From Octopus bimaculoides (lineage: Eukaryota): DNA of 64,000 nucleotides. Positions within the stretch are counted from its first letter, which is position 1. The number at the start of each line of letters is the position of its first letter. A program made the position numbers and the translations under genes. The notes under the pieces are model-generated. The model was not told the DNA's origin. It did no database searches and was given only the letters and a program-made list of their open reading frames with translations. The stretch is from contig NC_068997.1 of the NCBI RefSeq assembly GCF_001194135.2, positions 31,825,924 to 31,889,923 on the forward strand. The letters are read 5' to 3'. Below are positions 26,850-40,609 of this stretch, one piece after another.

Positions 26850-29800
26850 TGAAGAAAATCTGTGTGGTAAGAAGTTCACTCTGCAACATGTGTTTCATTG
26901 TATTGCACCTTGCTATAGCTTAAATTGATCAATATCTTGTGAGCAGAATTTGGTAGATGGAAACTGTATATGTCACAATGATGAGATCGAAGAGATAGCC
27001 ATTCTTCAAGATAGGATTTACAGTTACCTGTTTCTATACTTCTGGATAAATTTTCACTAGTGGGGAAAAGTCTGAAGAGTTTGAAGAGAGTAGGAACCAC
27101 TTCAATGCATTATTTATATTAAACTGTTTTCTATTGTGAGAGTGTGTATGTGTGTGTGTGTTTATTAGAGGTCTGAAAATTTTTGTCTCATTAGTGAATA
27201 AGGAGAGACGGATATGCATGTGTAAGTGAGCTGCTTAGAAATCTATTTAGCTTAAGGAAAAATACATAGATTCAATAAGATTTAATGAAAATCTTACCTT
27301 TCAAATTTTTCTAATAATTCCTTGAAATGAACTTTCATGGTCTGCTTTTTCTCTTCTTCCTGAATATGTGGACATATCTCTTTTATGTTTGACATAAGTT
27401 TCTACAAGTATGCAAAAATATTTTTTAAAGAAAAGAGTTTTAGAAGATAAATTTTCTCCCCCAAGTAAGCATTACAGAAAATGAAACATCAATTGGTACA
27501 ACCTACTATTCTCTAAAAATGCAACACCATATGTAATTATGATTCAGACTTTAGTTACTATTTATGAAAGCATTGAAATTTTCATCTGAGTGGGGTCGTT
27601 TTGATTAGCTGATCAAGATGATCAGATATGTATGCATATTTATATGTGCATATACATGTGTGCGTGCGTGTGTGTGTCGAGAGAGAGAGAGAGATACATA
27701 CACACCCCTATACATAAAGATAAATAGATAGACAGACAGACAAACAAAGAGGCACATGGGACAGAGAGGCAGGCAAGCAGACAGACAGGCAGGCAGGCAG
27801 GCAGGCAGGCAAACAGACAGGCAGATAGATATAGCTCCAAGTTATATTTTAGTTTATTTATTTTTAACTAGACATACATAAATGTAGCGTTGCAAGTGTA
27901 CATATATTCCAACAAACATATGTTTACATATGATGCGCACATATCTGGGATCCGAAATATTCCACTACACACAAACACAAATAGTATTAACAATCAATAA
28001 ATACCTGAACGTTGTTCAGCAGTCCATGAATCCATAAGATCCGACTTATTTCTGGTGAGAAGTTCCAATGCCTATATGGTGACTTGTGCTGATCATTGAA
28101 CATAGCTTCTAAATGTAAGATTTGTTTCCAGAAATCATCTACAAGGTCGCTCACTATTCCATTGATGTTTCTCTAAAGATTGAACATACAAACCAACAAT
28201 ATTAAATTCATATTAGTCAGAGAAATATAGGTTACAAACAGAGAAGCAAGTTCATGCAAGTGGTTGAATTGTTATCAATTTTGTAAAAATTACAACTTGT
28301 TAAATTGTTAAACAAGTATAGCAATTTGCATGTCCTACTTACAGCAGATACATCATTGAAAGTTTAATTAACTGTGTCCTGAGATAGTATCTCTTTTAGA
28401 TGTAATGATAAAAGGATAAAGATTCTTCCTGAGTTATATAGACTCACAGGACTAGTTTCCCAATTTTTGTGGCGTATATATTCCCAATCAGGAAGGGATG
28501 CCAGTCCATTGCAGGATTATTCATTTTCTCTAACTAAGTGGACTGGAGCAATGTGAAATGAAGTATTTTGCTCAAGCTCACAACATGTTTCCTGGTCCAG
28601 GAATTAAAACCACAATCGTGCAACCATGACTCCAACATGCTAATCACTAAGCCACGTACCTCTACTTATCAATGTACAGTGTTAAAAACAGAGAAATATA
28701 TCAGTAGCAGTCAAAAATTATCCAGCAGCAATGACAGCATTGCTAAACATGCATTTCTGTCTTTTTTCAGTAGCATGTATCACTAGCAACTGCATGCTAA
28801 GACAAAATCCACCATTACTGATATAGTAAAACAGTAACTGAAAAATCACAGGCTGAATAAAAATTTATGTGAAACAAAAGCAGTATTAGTTTAAAATAGC
28901 AATGTGTATCATACTTAAAGCAGATACATTATGGAAAGCCTAATTAAATGTGGTATTCATCTTGACAAATACCACAGTTAACTGGGCTTTCAATAATGTA
29001 TCTACTTTAAATATGATATTGCTTTAAACTAATATTGCTTTTGTTGCACGTAAGGAATTAAGCTAGTATTTTTTGTTGTTTATTTTAGTGTTGTTTATTC
29101 CCAAAGTGTTTATCATAATCTGCATTATCCAACATGCTAGGAGGATTAGTATGATAGGATGTGTTTTAAGGGAGATTTGGTTGCCATTTCTTGCAGATTT
29201 CCAAGTATGGGTTCCCTCACTAGTGTGTTATCAAGCTGATACTTCATAAATACATAATTAAAAACCTCCAAGGCAATTACAGAGAATTCAAAATAGGAAG
29301 ATGTACTAAGTCTTATTGTATTGGTAGAAATGTGTCTCAACTTGTATGCTGTCAACACTTGATGTACTGTGAGAAACAACCCGAATATACATTATTTACA
29401 TTTGATGGATACTAGTCATCTTGTTTGTTGTTAACACAACATTTTGGCTGATAAACATTACAGCCTTCATCGGGTGTCTTGGGGAAATTTCGAATCTGGG
29501 TTCTCATTCCGAAGGTATTTTTCCCCAAGACACCTGATGAAGGCCGGAGGATATATCAGCTGAAACGTGTTAACAACAAACAAGATGAGGACAAATATCT
29601 GTCAAATGTAAATAATGTACATAATTCCTCATCTCTTAAATATAGAACTGTAGAACCTGAATATATTTCACTTGCAAAGCAACAGATTAGCTAAGAGGAC
29701 AAGCCTCTTTTCCAGTTACTTAATGGCATTATTGGACCTAAAGAGCAATTTGGTCTAGACACAAGTGTGATCTAGACATGTGAACATTATTTCTAGGTAT

Positions 29801-32451
29801 ATATGTGTAGCAGATGAAAAATAAACTTCCTTTTGGATAGAATGCCAGTCTATTTCATGTATCTGTGCACAAGGAATAAATGGAGACACACACAGAATAA
29901 AGTAAGCAGAGTTAAATTTCTACAAGAGAATTGTCCAATGCTTTGGAGTTCATTTTGGTGCAAACAGCTAGACTATGTGACTAGTTTTAGAATAACTTAC
30001 TCCCAGTAATTGCAGAACCCCTGAAAAATACCATGAACACTAAGCCATTAAACAAATAATTAAATAAACAGGTGCCTCTACATAGTTACTTGGCTTTCTA
30101 GAAATATCAGCCAAGTTCCCTGAAATCTCTACTGAGTTAAAGAAATTGCATATTGGACAACTTTTTCCTAGATATACACTTTAGTTTTAGAGTTCAGGTA
30201 CGACCATGGGTAGAGTGAATTCTTCAATATGATCCTTTTCTCTGCTAGACAAATTCTGCACCTCATGTTGCCATTGAGGTAAAGCATGCACTTTTCCACT
30301 AATCTCCAGTTGATACAATATTGTGCAGAATTTTCTTTCATTTGCTACCAAAGTTGGGACACTAGGTCACTCCAGAATTCGAAAAGATGATTTGTGACTG
30401 TTGAGTCTGGCCTTCAAAGGAACTCTTTGTTGCACCCACATATTTCTGTACTTGTGTCACCCAACTAGTATTCTTTAATACTACTTCTGCCTTACACATG
30501 ACTGCTTCTAGGAAGCATGTAGCATTGGCCCTGCAGGAGCAGCTTGCCTCTCTGATTTAGGTCTATTTATTACAATTTACCTTATATTAGGTGTGCAGCT
30601 AAAGGAGACCCTCAAAATATACCTATTAGAAATTTCCCTATACTTATGTGTTTATGGAAAAATATTATCTACTAATTTAAGGAAGACCCTATCATAATCA
30701 ACATGAATGGAGGACAAGGACTAAAAGAGACCAATCTAAGGCACATAACTCCAATTGACTTAAGAAACACATTTTTGTTTTACTGCAACATTTTCAACCC
30801 ATAAGTTTCGTTGTTTTTTGTTTATTTCTTGTTATTTTGTTTCTTCTTTTTACATTTTTAAGGCTCATAAACTGAATGTGGCAGTTTCAGGCCTCCAGTA
30901 ATAAAAGGCCCAAAAGCTATACTCTTTTAATTAGTTATGTCTGATGACTGGTGATTGATGACTTACCTTCCCACACGTCAATGATTTTTCAACCAGAAAC
31001 TATTTGGTAACAAGACTTGGTTGTTGTGAAACTAAAGCTTTAACAGTATATAAGTAATGTGTGTATGCATGTGTGTGTGTGTGTAATTTTTTGCTACAAT
31101 ATTGTTACAGCATTTTATGTTTTAGACTCATAAATGCTTAAAACAATGGATTTTGAAATTGCTGCAATAATTCTTTTGTGAAATATACAAGGATTGTGAC
31201 AAAAATCACAAAAAGAATTTATTGATTTGATTAAGGCTTTAGAAAAAATACTAAATTATTCAATCGTTCCACAAATGTTTTAGCCAAATACAAAATATTC
31301 ATTACTACTCTAAGATGATTGATTGATTGGATAGAGAGATAGAAAGAGAGAGAGAGAGCTACACTACATAGGATAAGGTGGGTGTTTCACTGTTTACTTA
31401 CCTTTTATCTGTTTCAGTCATTAGACAGTGGCCATGTTGGGGCACTACCTTGAAGAACTTTTAGTCAAATGATTCGACCCCACTACTTATTAATTTAAAG
31501 CCTGGTACATATTCTATCATTCTCTTTTTACCAAACCATTAAGTTACAGGGACATAAATAAACCAACACCAGTTGTTAAGACACACACACACACATACAT
31601 ACATATGATGGGCTTCTTTTAGTTTCTGCCTACCAAATCTACTCACAAAGCTATTGTCAGCCCAAGGCAATAGTAAAAAGCATTTGCCCAAGGCACCACA
31701 CAGTGAAATTGAACCCAGAACCATGTGGTTGAGAAGCAAGCCTCTTACCATACAGCCATGCTTGTGCCTATGTTCTTCATTCAATTCTTGCCCAAATTAC
31801 TTTCACCCATTGATTGATAACATTTCTGATACACATTTAAAAAAAATGAAACATTTCCAAGTTTTGCATTTTGTAGCCTGCAATATCTATTTATTTATTG
31901 TTGTTCTTATTGTTGCTGTTGTTGTTTTTGTGTTGTTCCAAGCCTTTTTGACATTTTGTAACTTGACAATTTTTTGAAGTTCAGAAATTTATGAATGTCA
32001 GATACAAAAATTAATTCGTTTTGTCCTTTGATATAATGGAGGCTGTCTTTCGCTGGAGATATTGATTGAAAATCAATTACCATATTGGTAATATTGCTTC
32101 TTCAATGATATTGACCTTTAAGGCCTCTCTGGAACAATTTTAAGGGGAAAAAGTTTATACAAGCAGGCATGAATGTAAATATATATGTATGTATTGTATG
32201 CATGTATGTATGTGTGTATATGATGTTAGTGGTTCTAAATAAAGAGTCTTGTAAATTCCAATTTCTTTTTCTTATGTTTCATAAACTCTACCAATACAAA
32301 GGAATTCCTGAAGTAAATCCAGTGGCATATATTTCCATACTGCTATTGACATCAGATAGCTGAATACTGTGAACAGGCTTTAAATAGCATGCTACAAGGT
32401 TTGTACCCAAATATAAAATTATTACTATATATGTGTATATATATATATGTG

Positions 32452-32515
<64 letters not shown>

Positions 32516-34696
32516 TGTGTGTGTGTATGTGCACATGTGTATGTCATTATTCAGTTTTATTTCAAGATTTCTTGCCATTAGAGAAAGAACCAGTCTCTAA
32601 CCTAAATCCAACGCTCTTTCTTTGGAATTTCAACATCATCAGGGTATTTTTGTATGTATATATGTGTGTGTGCAGATTTGTATATTTTGTTTTATGTATG
32701 TATTCTCATGCATACACTTGCATGTACATATATTCTCATGCATAGACATACTCATATATACTTAAATAATATGCATGTATGTATGTATTCAAAGACAATT
32801 CAATCAACAATTACATAGCTAACACCCAACTTTCAGCTATTTATGAGACTGCCATTATGCAAGGATTCTAACCCTCCCCCACCACCTCTGACTTTAACAC
32901 AATTAATTAGTTTTAAAAGGATTTTTTTGTTTATGTTTGTATTTCTGAAATATTTATGAATATTTTAAAATTTCTATTGATTGATTCAATATTTTCCATG
33001 GATCTGTAACCCTTTAGCACTGAAACTGGCCATATCCAACCAAAATATTCTTCCCGCTTTAGGTTCAAACCTTCCAGATCCAGCCTCTCATACATACCCT
33101 ACAATGTCATTCTAAAAGTAAACAATCACATCATTGAAGTCTCAAAGTTATAAGATAGTTCATTATTAATTCAAGGCAATACGAATTAATAAGCATTACA
33201 TTTGACAAAATAACCTGAATGATAAAGGGTGAACATTATTTTTTGATACAGTAAAAACAAGACCCCACTGATATTTTTCAAGAACCTATTTAAATAGTTA
33301 ATTACTTATTTTAATTATAAGTTCAATGGATAAATATTTATATAGGGTGTACACTCCTGAAACATTTCCCCATCAGATTTTTTTCCTATCAACTTATCTT
33401 TCCTTTTATGATAACAAGTTAATTATTATTAATTTAAATCTATTGTGGCTGTTACATCTAATATGCCTTTTTATTATAAACACAAGGCCTGAAATTTTTT
33501 GAGACTACTTAATTACATTTGCCCCATTGCACAACTGGTACTCATTTCATTATCCTTGAAAAGATGAAAGGCAAAATTGACTTGGGTGGAATTTGAACTC
33601 AGAATGTAAAACTGAATGAAATGCCACTTAGTATTTTGTCCAGCATGATAGTGATTCCACCATCTCATCAATAATAATAAAAATAGCAATAATAATCCTT
33701 TCTATTATAAGCACAAGGCCTGAAATGTTTGTTGGAGGAGGGGGTTAGTTGATTTCATTGACCCCAGTACTCAACAGGTACTTATTTCATCAATCCAGAA
33801 AGGATGACAAGCAAAGTCAATCATAGTGGAATTTGAACTCGGAATATAAAGATGGACAAAATACTGTGATGCATTTTGCCCAGCATGCTAATGGTTCTGC
33901 CTGCTCACCCCTGAAACCATAGAAAAAATTGAGTTTTGAGTTGCTAGAGCACCCTACACACAGTTCAGATCTTGCTCCTTCTGATTATCATTCCTTGGAC
34001 TACTCAAACATCCTTTATGAGGTCATTGATTTGCTATGGACAGAGAAGCATTGAAAGCCAGCTAAAAACCTTCTTCTCCAATAGAATAAGCAAGCTTGTG
34101 GACTGCTGGAAGAATGCATTGAAAAGCAAGGAGATTATGTTGGGAAATGATGTAATTGTTCAACCTCTGTTTTTGCTTTAAAAAATTATAGAAACAAGAG
34201 GGTGTATAATTTTTGACTTACCCTCATTGAAATAGCAACCGAATCATATTCTAGCATTTTTAAAAAAGGAGAAGGCAACATTGGATAATGCAGTCTGAGA
34301 TAAACTATGTCTATAAAGATGAAATAATCATGCAAGAATGTTTTCGATCATAGGTCAAATTGCAGAGGTCAATGTCAACCAACATCAGTTATAGTAGGCA
34401 GGTCATCTAATAAGAATTGGCAATATTTCAGTACCACACACACATTTATAATTTACAGCTTAAATTTGATAGATAATACTCTCTTTTTAACTCTTTTACT
34501 TGTTTCAGTCATTTGACTGTGGCCATACTGGAGCACCGCCTTTAGTCAAGCAAGTCGACCCCAGGACTTATTCTTTGTAAGTCTAGTACTTATTCTATTG
34601 GTCTCTTTTGCCGAACCGCTAAGTTACGGGGATGTAAACACACCAGCATCAGTTCCAAGCGATGTTGCAGGGACAAACACAGACACACAAACATAT

Positions 34697-34758
<62 letters not shown>

Positions 34759-37700
34759 GCATATATACGACAGAGTTTTTTCAGTTTCCATCTACCAAAT
34801 CCACTCACAAGGCTTTGGTCAGCCCGAAGCTATAGTAGAAGACACTTGCCCAAGATGCCACGCAGTGGGATTGAACCCAGAACCATCTGGTTGGTAAGCA
34901 AGCTATGTACCACACAGCCACTCCAAGCATATCAAAATCATCTTCAAAAAATACAATTTAAATAGATGCAGCTGGATTCTATAGTTCCAGTTGCAGTGTC
35001 TAGGAATTCTTTTATTGAAATGGCATCCGGCATGTGATATGGATTCACCAGCCCACATGACAATCCTACCTTTAATCTATTTCAGTGGTTCTCAACTGGG
35101 CTCCACATAAGATTTTGTTGTTAAAATTTATCTACAATAAATTGACAATACTTCTACAATACATAAAATATATTAACAATTTTATTATAAAATTCCTAAC
35201 AATATTTAATTATAAAAATATATGATTTTTTTTTTAATCAAAGGGTTCTATAGATGAAAAATGGTTGAGAAACACCTGTCTCATCTAAAAGGGCTTAGAA
35301 TTAATTCTGTGAAGTATTCAACTAAAGAGTCATCGAAAGACAAATCAATTACAATATTTCTTCATAAGGAATTTGTAAATTGGAACCAATAGAATTTAAA
35401 TACACTAATGAAAAAAAAAATCACAAAAACTCTCCAAAATTCTCAATACAACAAATATCTAAATTTTAATATTTACCTACCTTTACTTGTGTTTGTTTTA
35501 TGGTGGAGTGAAATATTTGAAGCAAACGCATTTGTGAATGAGGAGAATGGCATTCTGTGAGAGATTTCAGTAGAATCCCAGAAAGTTGAACTTCAAGACT
35601 CTGTAATGAAAGCAAAGAGAATAAAATAAACAAATAATTTAAACGCTTCATGAAATATTTGGTATTATGGTTTTAAAAGATTCCAATTTATTACAAATAT
35701 TTGTCTTTAAAACAGGTTCTTAGTTTTATCTCTAAATTGGAGGCAAAGGCCCTCAAATGTCAGACCATGCATCTGTATGTAAAAGACTGGCATTTGCAGT
35801 CTCCCCATTCTTTATACCACTATTGTTGTCCAAGAGAAAGATCACTGATATAGGGTTAATACAGTTTGGTACCAGTGTTAAATTTCCTTTACTTCATACT
35901 CTTAAAAACAGTAAGAACTATATTGGTTAATGTAGTTCTGGATACACTGTTTTATGACAAAAAAAAATAAACAACAAAACAACAAAACAACATGTTTGGA
36001 TAAAAAAATCAAGATGAGAAGGTCACTGTTGGAATGCATTGTGCCAAAAATCTGCTTCCTTTAGCATTAAAACTGGCCATATCTGGTCAAAATATTCTAC
36101 CTGTTTTATGTTCAAAGTAGCTAGATGTGACTTTTCACACCAACCCTACAATATCATTCAAAAATTTAACAGTTACCTCATCAAAATCTCAAAGCTACAA
36201 GATAATGCATGATTAATTCAAAACAATGTGAATGAATAAGCATTGCTTTTGACAGAATAATGTGAATGCTAAAGGGTTAAGGGCTACTATGGAGCAACTC
36301 TTCTTTTCTTTACTGATTCTTTTCTCACTACATCTTACCTTCGAAACTGAACGTAGTTTGTAAAAGTTCGCTTCAAATGGCTGAATCTCTTTTACATTCA
36401 TCAGATTAGGTATTGAAGTCCAAAAAACTTGGATGCTCTCAGAATATTTGATGGAAATCTCTTTGATAATCCTATCAGTACAAGCATCTCCAATACCACC
36501 AATTTCTGCAACTGCTGAAAGTTCTTTGAAGTGTTGGTCAGTTTCAATCAATTCCTGGACATCATTACATCTAGAAAGACAGAGAAAACTGAAACATTCA
36601 AAATACATCTTTATATAATACCAAATACTCAGTTTTTAGAAATTATTATCTCCATCTTCTGGCACATTTTCTGATCCATTCCCTACATCTATATACAGTT
36701 TGATGGAGATTTATGGGTAGAATTCTGCTTTAAGTACACTGTATAACTCCTCATAATTTACATTATTTGCATTTGACAGATATTTGTCCACATCTTGTTT
36801 GTTGTTAACAACAAAGATGAGAACAAATATCTGTCAAATGTAAATAATGTAAATAATCTTTTAATAATGTAAATAATTCCTCATCTCCTAAATATAGAAC
36901 TGTAACTCCTCATAACTTTTTCTTATTTTTTGGAATATTCAGAAAATTTTTGCAAATTTGTGATCTACACACAGGAATTCATATGCTTATGCAAAAACCA
37001 AAAGAATTTTTGATGCATGATTTAAGGACTATTTAGCTGTTACTCTTAGCATATCTCACAATCACTTCATACCTTCCTAATTTGTTTGTCAGTCTGGCAT
37101 ATTAATGTTTTCCAATATCTTTCTTCCCATAAACACATTTAATTGTTGGGATTTAAGCCAAAAATTCAGTATTTTAAACAGTAATTTTTTGAAAAATTGA
37201 AAAGCAGTTTAAAAATATTTTTTTTAAATTTCTAAGGATTAAAATTTTTTTCTTTTATCATAGTCATGTGAATTCCCATGCGTAGAACACAGATACACAA
37301 AAAGTTTCTGAAAATTCTGAAAAATAAAAAAGTTATGAAGGGCTATTCGGTGTGCTTAAAGCAGAATTCTGCCAATTTATGTCTCTCCCTCTTAATCTCA
37401 ATTTATTAATCAGATTTACTAAAAATTTACATCCTCATCATTTTACTGTTTTATCTATTATTCTAGCATGAATCAATGGTATAGTACTCTTCTTGCTATT
37501 CCTTGCCACATCTTCTTTTCTTGGGAGTCTCTCAGGTCTGAGAAAGGCAATTCTGCAATTTCTTACTGAACAGCCTGCACAGATGATGTTTTTAATGATG
37601 AAATGTTTCTGCTGTACATGAATTCACTTCCTCCATCAAATCGACATTACCTGAACAGGTGCATGGTGTACCACATATAAAGCGTTGAAGAGATTGCAGA

Positions 37701-38065
37701 GCAACGTGAGATGAAGTGTTTTGCTCAAGAACACAGTGCACCACCCAATCAGAGACTCAAAACCATGATCTCGCAATTCTTGCTATTAAACTTTCACTGT
37801 AACCACTAATTACATCACTGAAATTATGAAAATTATCTACTGACCAGTTTATCTTTTATCTGTTTCAGCCATCAGACTGCAGCCATGCTGGGGCACCACC
37901 TTGAAGGAATTTTAGTCAAATCAATTGATCCCAGTACTCATTTCTCTTAAAGCCTGGTACTTATTCTATTAGTCTCTTTTGCTGAACCACTAAGTTATGG
38001 TGATGCAAACAAACCAACACTTCTTGTCAAGCAGTGGTGGGGGACAGACACAAAGATGCAACACA

Positions 38066-38102
<37 letters not shown>

Positions 38103-40550
38103 NNNNNNNNNNTATATATATATATATATATATATATGAACTCCAGCAACTGCGAGTGGGACAAGCTAGAGATAGTAAATAGCTTCCATTATCTAGGCGA
38201 CTAAGTTAGTAGCGGAGGTGGATGCTCTGAGAGAGTAGCTGTGAGAATAAGATTAGGAGAGCTCCTACCACTGCTGGCAACAAAGGGCCTCTCTCCCATT
38301 GTGAAAGGCAGATTGCTTGATGTCTGTGTGCAAACAGCTATACTGCATGGCAGTGAAACATGGGCTGTAACAGCCAAGGATATTCATAGGCTTGAAAGAA
38401 ATGAAACCAGTATGCTTTGCTGGATGTGTAATGTCAGTGTTCAACAGAGTGTAAGCATCTTAAGAGAGAAAAGTTAGGCATAAGAGGCATCAGATGTGGT
38501 GTGTTAGAGAGATGACTGCACTGATATGGTCATGTGATGCGTATGGACGAGGACAGCTGTGTAAAGAAGTGTCGATCTCTAACTATGGAGGGAGCCTGTG
38601 GTAGAGGTAGACCCAGGAAGACGTGGGACAAGGTGGTGAAACATGATTTCTGAACTTTGAGCTTCACAGAGGCAATGACTAGTGACCGAGACCTTTGTCG
38701 ATGTGTTGTGCTTGAGAGCACCTGTCAAGTCAAATGCACTGTGCTGGTAGCATGTAAAGAACACCTTCTGAGTGTTGGACCTCAGGGAGGCAAAGTGGCT
38801 GAGTTCCTTTCGAGGTTGGGCCTCACGGAGGCATAATAGCAGAGTTTACTTTCGAGTATTGGGCCTCATAAAGGCAATGACTAAGACCTTTAGCATTATG
38901 TTGTACTTGAGAAGAAAACCCATCAAGCCAAGCAAAATCGCATTCATGGCAGATACTGGTGTCATACAAATAGCACCCATGCCAGTGACACGTAAAAGCA
39001 CCCATTACACTCTCGGAGTGGTTGGCATTAGGAAGGGCATCCAGCCATAGAAAACCATGCAAAATCAGACTGAAGTCTAGTGCAGTCTTCCAACATACCA
39101 GCCTAGTTAAACCACCCAACTCATGCCAGCGTGGGCAACAGACATTAAATAATGATGATGCATTTCTTTCAGTTTCTGTCAACCAAATCCACTCATAGGG
39201 CTTTAGTCAGTCTGCAGTTATAGAAGATGCTTACCGAGGTATTACACAGTGGGACTGAACCCAGAATCATGCGGCTGGGAAGCAAGCTTCTTACCACACA
39301 GCCACGCCCATCTATTTCTCAAAACAGGTGCTTCACTTCTTTGTACACTGTACCAAGTGGATCCCTTCTTCAGTGCAAGTTTCCTGCTATGCAAGTATGC
39401 TATAAAATTTTTCAGTTCTATTAACATTGATATCAAAATAAGCATCTGTGGCTGTTATCAATAAGGATTTGCATTTTACTGTTAAAACTTACATTAATGA
39501 TGGAACTATTGTTACTGGTACATTATCACATTATGATAGATCTATGGGTTTATCTCAAGGTCTTTGAATAATTCTGAAAAAATACTACATTGTGAATAAA
39601 AAAACATTTATACAGGAATTGAGAGCTTTAGCAAAATAGAAACATATCCTCATGGGTCAGCCCAAGGCCATTAGTAGCAAAAGGGAAACTTTTTAACCAT
39701 GCAGAGCAGTGTAGCTAGGGTGTTTGCTCCCTTGGGCAGCCTTTGAATTTTGCACCTCCCCACTTTCCCACCTTAATGCTATACAGGATTATGCAGCAGA
39801 CCCCAAAATGCTGCCCCCCCATAAAAGCATCACAGCAGGCAGATGCACCCCACTCCCTGCTACACTATTGACTGCACAGCCATGTAATAAATTTAATCAT
39901 TAATTAATGAAAATGTTGTGACAAATATTATCAGAAAACAGAAAATAAAACTACGTGCTTGATCTTCAGATGCTGGGCTTCACTGAGGAGGTAACAAAGA
40001 ACCAAGACTTGTGGCAATTTGCTGTATTTGAGAAGACACATCAAGATAAGTAAAATCATGGCCATCCATATGTACAGGCAAGTCCTTTATGGCTATGGCC
40101 CTACTCCCTCTCTCACCTGAGAGGTCTTTGTCTTGCAGGTCCCAGTGCCATGTCAAATGCACTCAATCTGGTACCATGTAAAATGCACTTGTACCAGTGC
40201 CATGTGAGATGCACTTGTGCCAATGCCATGTAAAATGCACTTGTGCTGATGCCACATAATATGCACTGGTACCAGTGCCATATAAAATACACTCATGCTG
40301 GTGTCACATAAAATGTACTGATGCTGATAGCACATAAAATGCACTCGTGCTAGTGCCACAAAATGCACTCGTACCAGTAACACGTAAGAGGCACCAAGCA
40401 CAATTAGTAATGTGATTGGTGCTAGGAAGGGGATCTAGCCATAGAAACCATACCAAAACAGACAATTGGAAGCTGGACAGCTCTCCAGCTGGTCAGCTTC
40501 TGTCAACCCATGCCAGCATGGAAAATGGCTGTTAAACAAACGACGACGAC

Positions 40551-40609
<59 letters not shown>

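Noticed and set aside
39706-39872. Short element with cagtgtagctaggg / ccctgctacact ends
   Set aside because: Possibly a Harbinger-type MITE, but the TIRs are too short and degraded to support a call.
40140-40400. Regularly spaced repeats resembling a CRISPR array (also 25190-25430 and 46400-46500)
   Set aside because: Degenerate tandem units without unique spacers, inside eukaryotic TEs; no cas genes.
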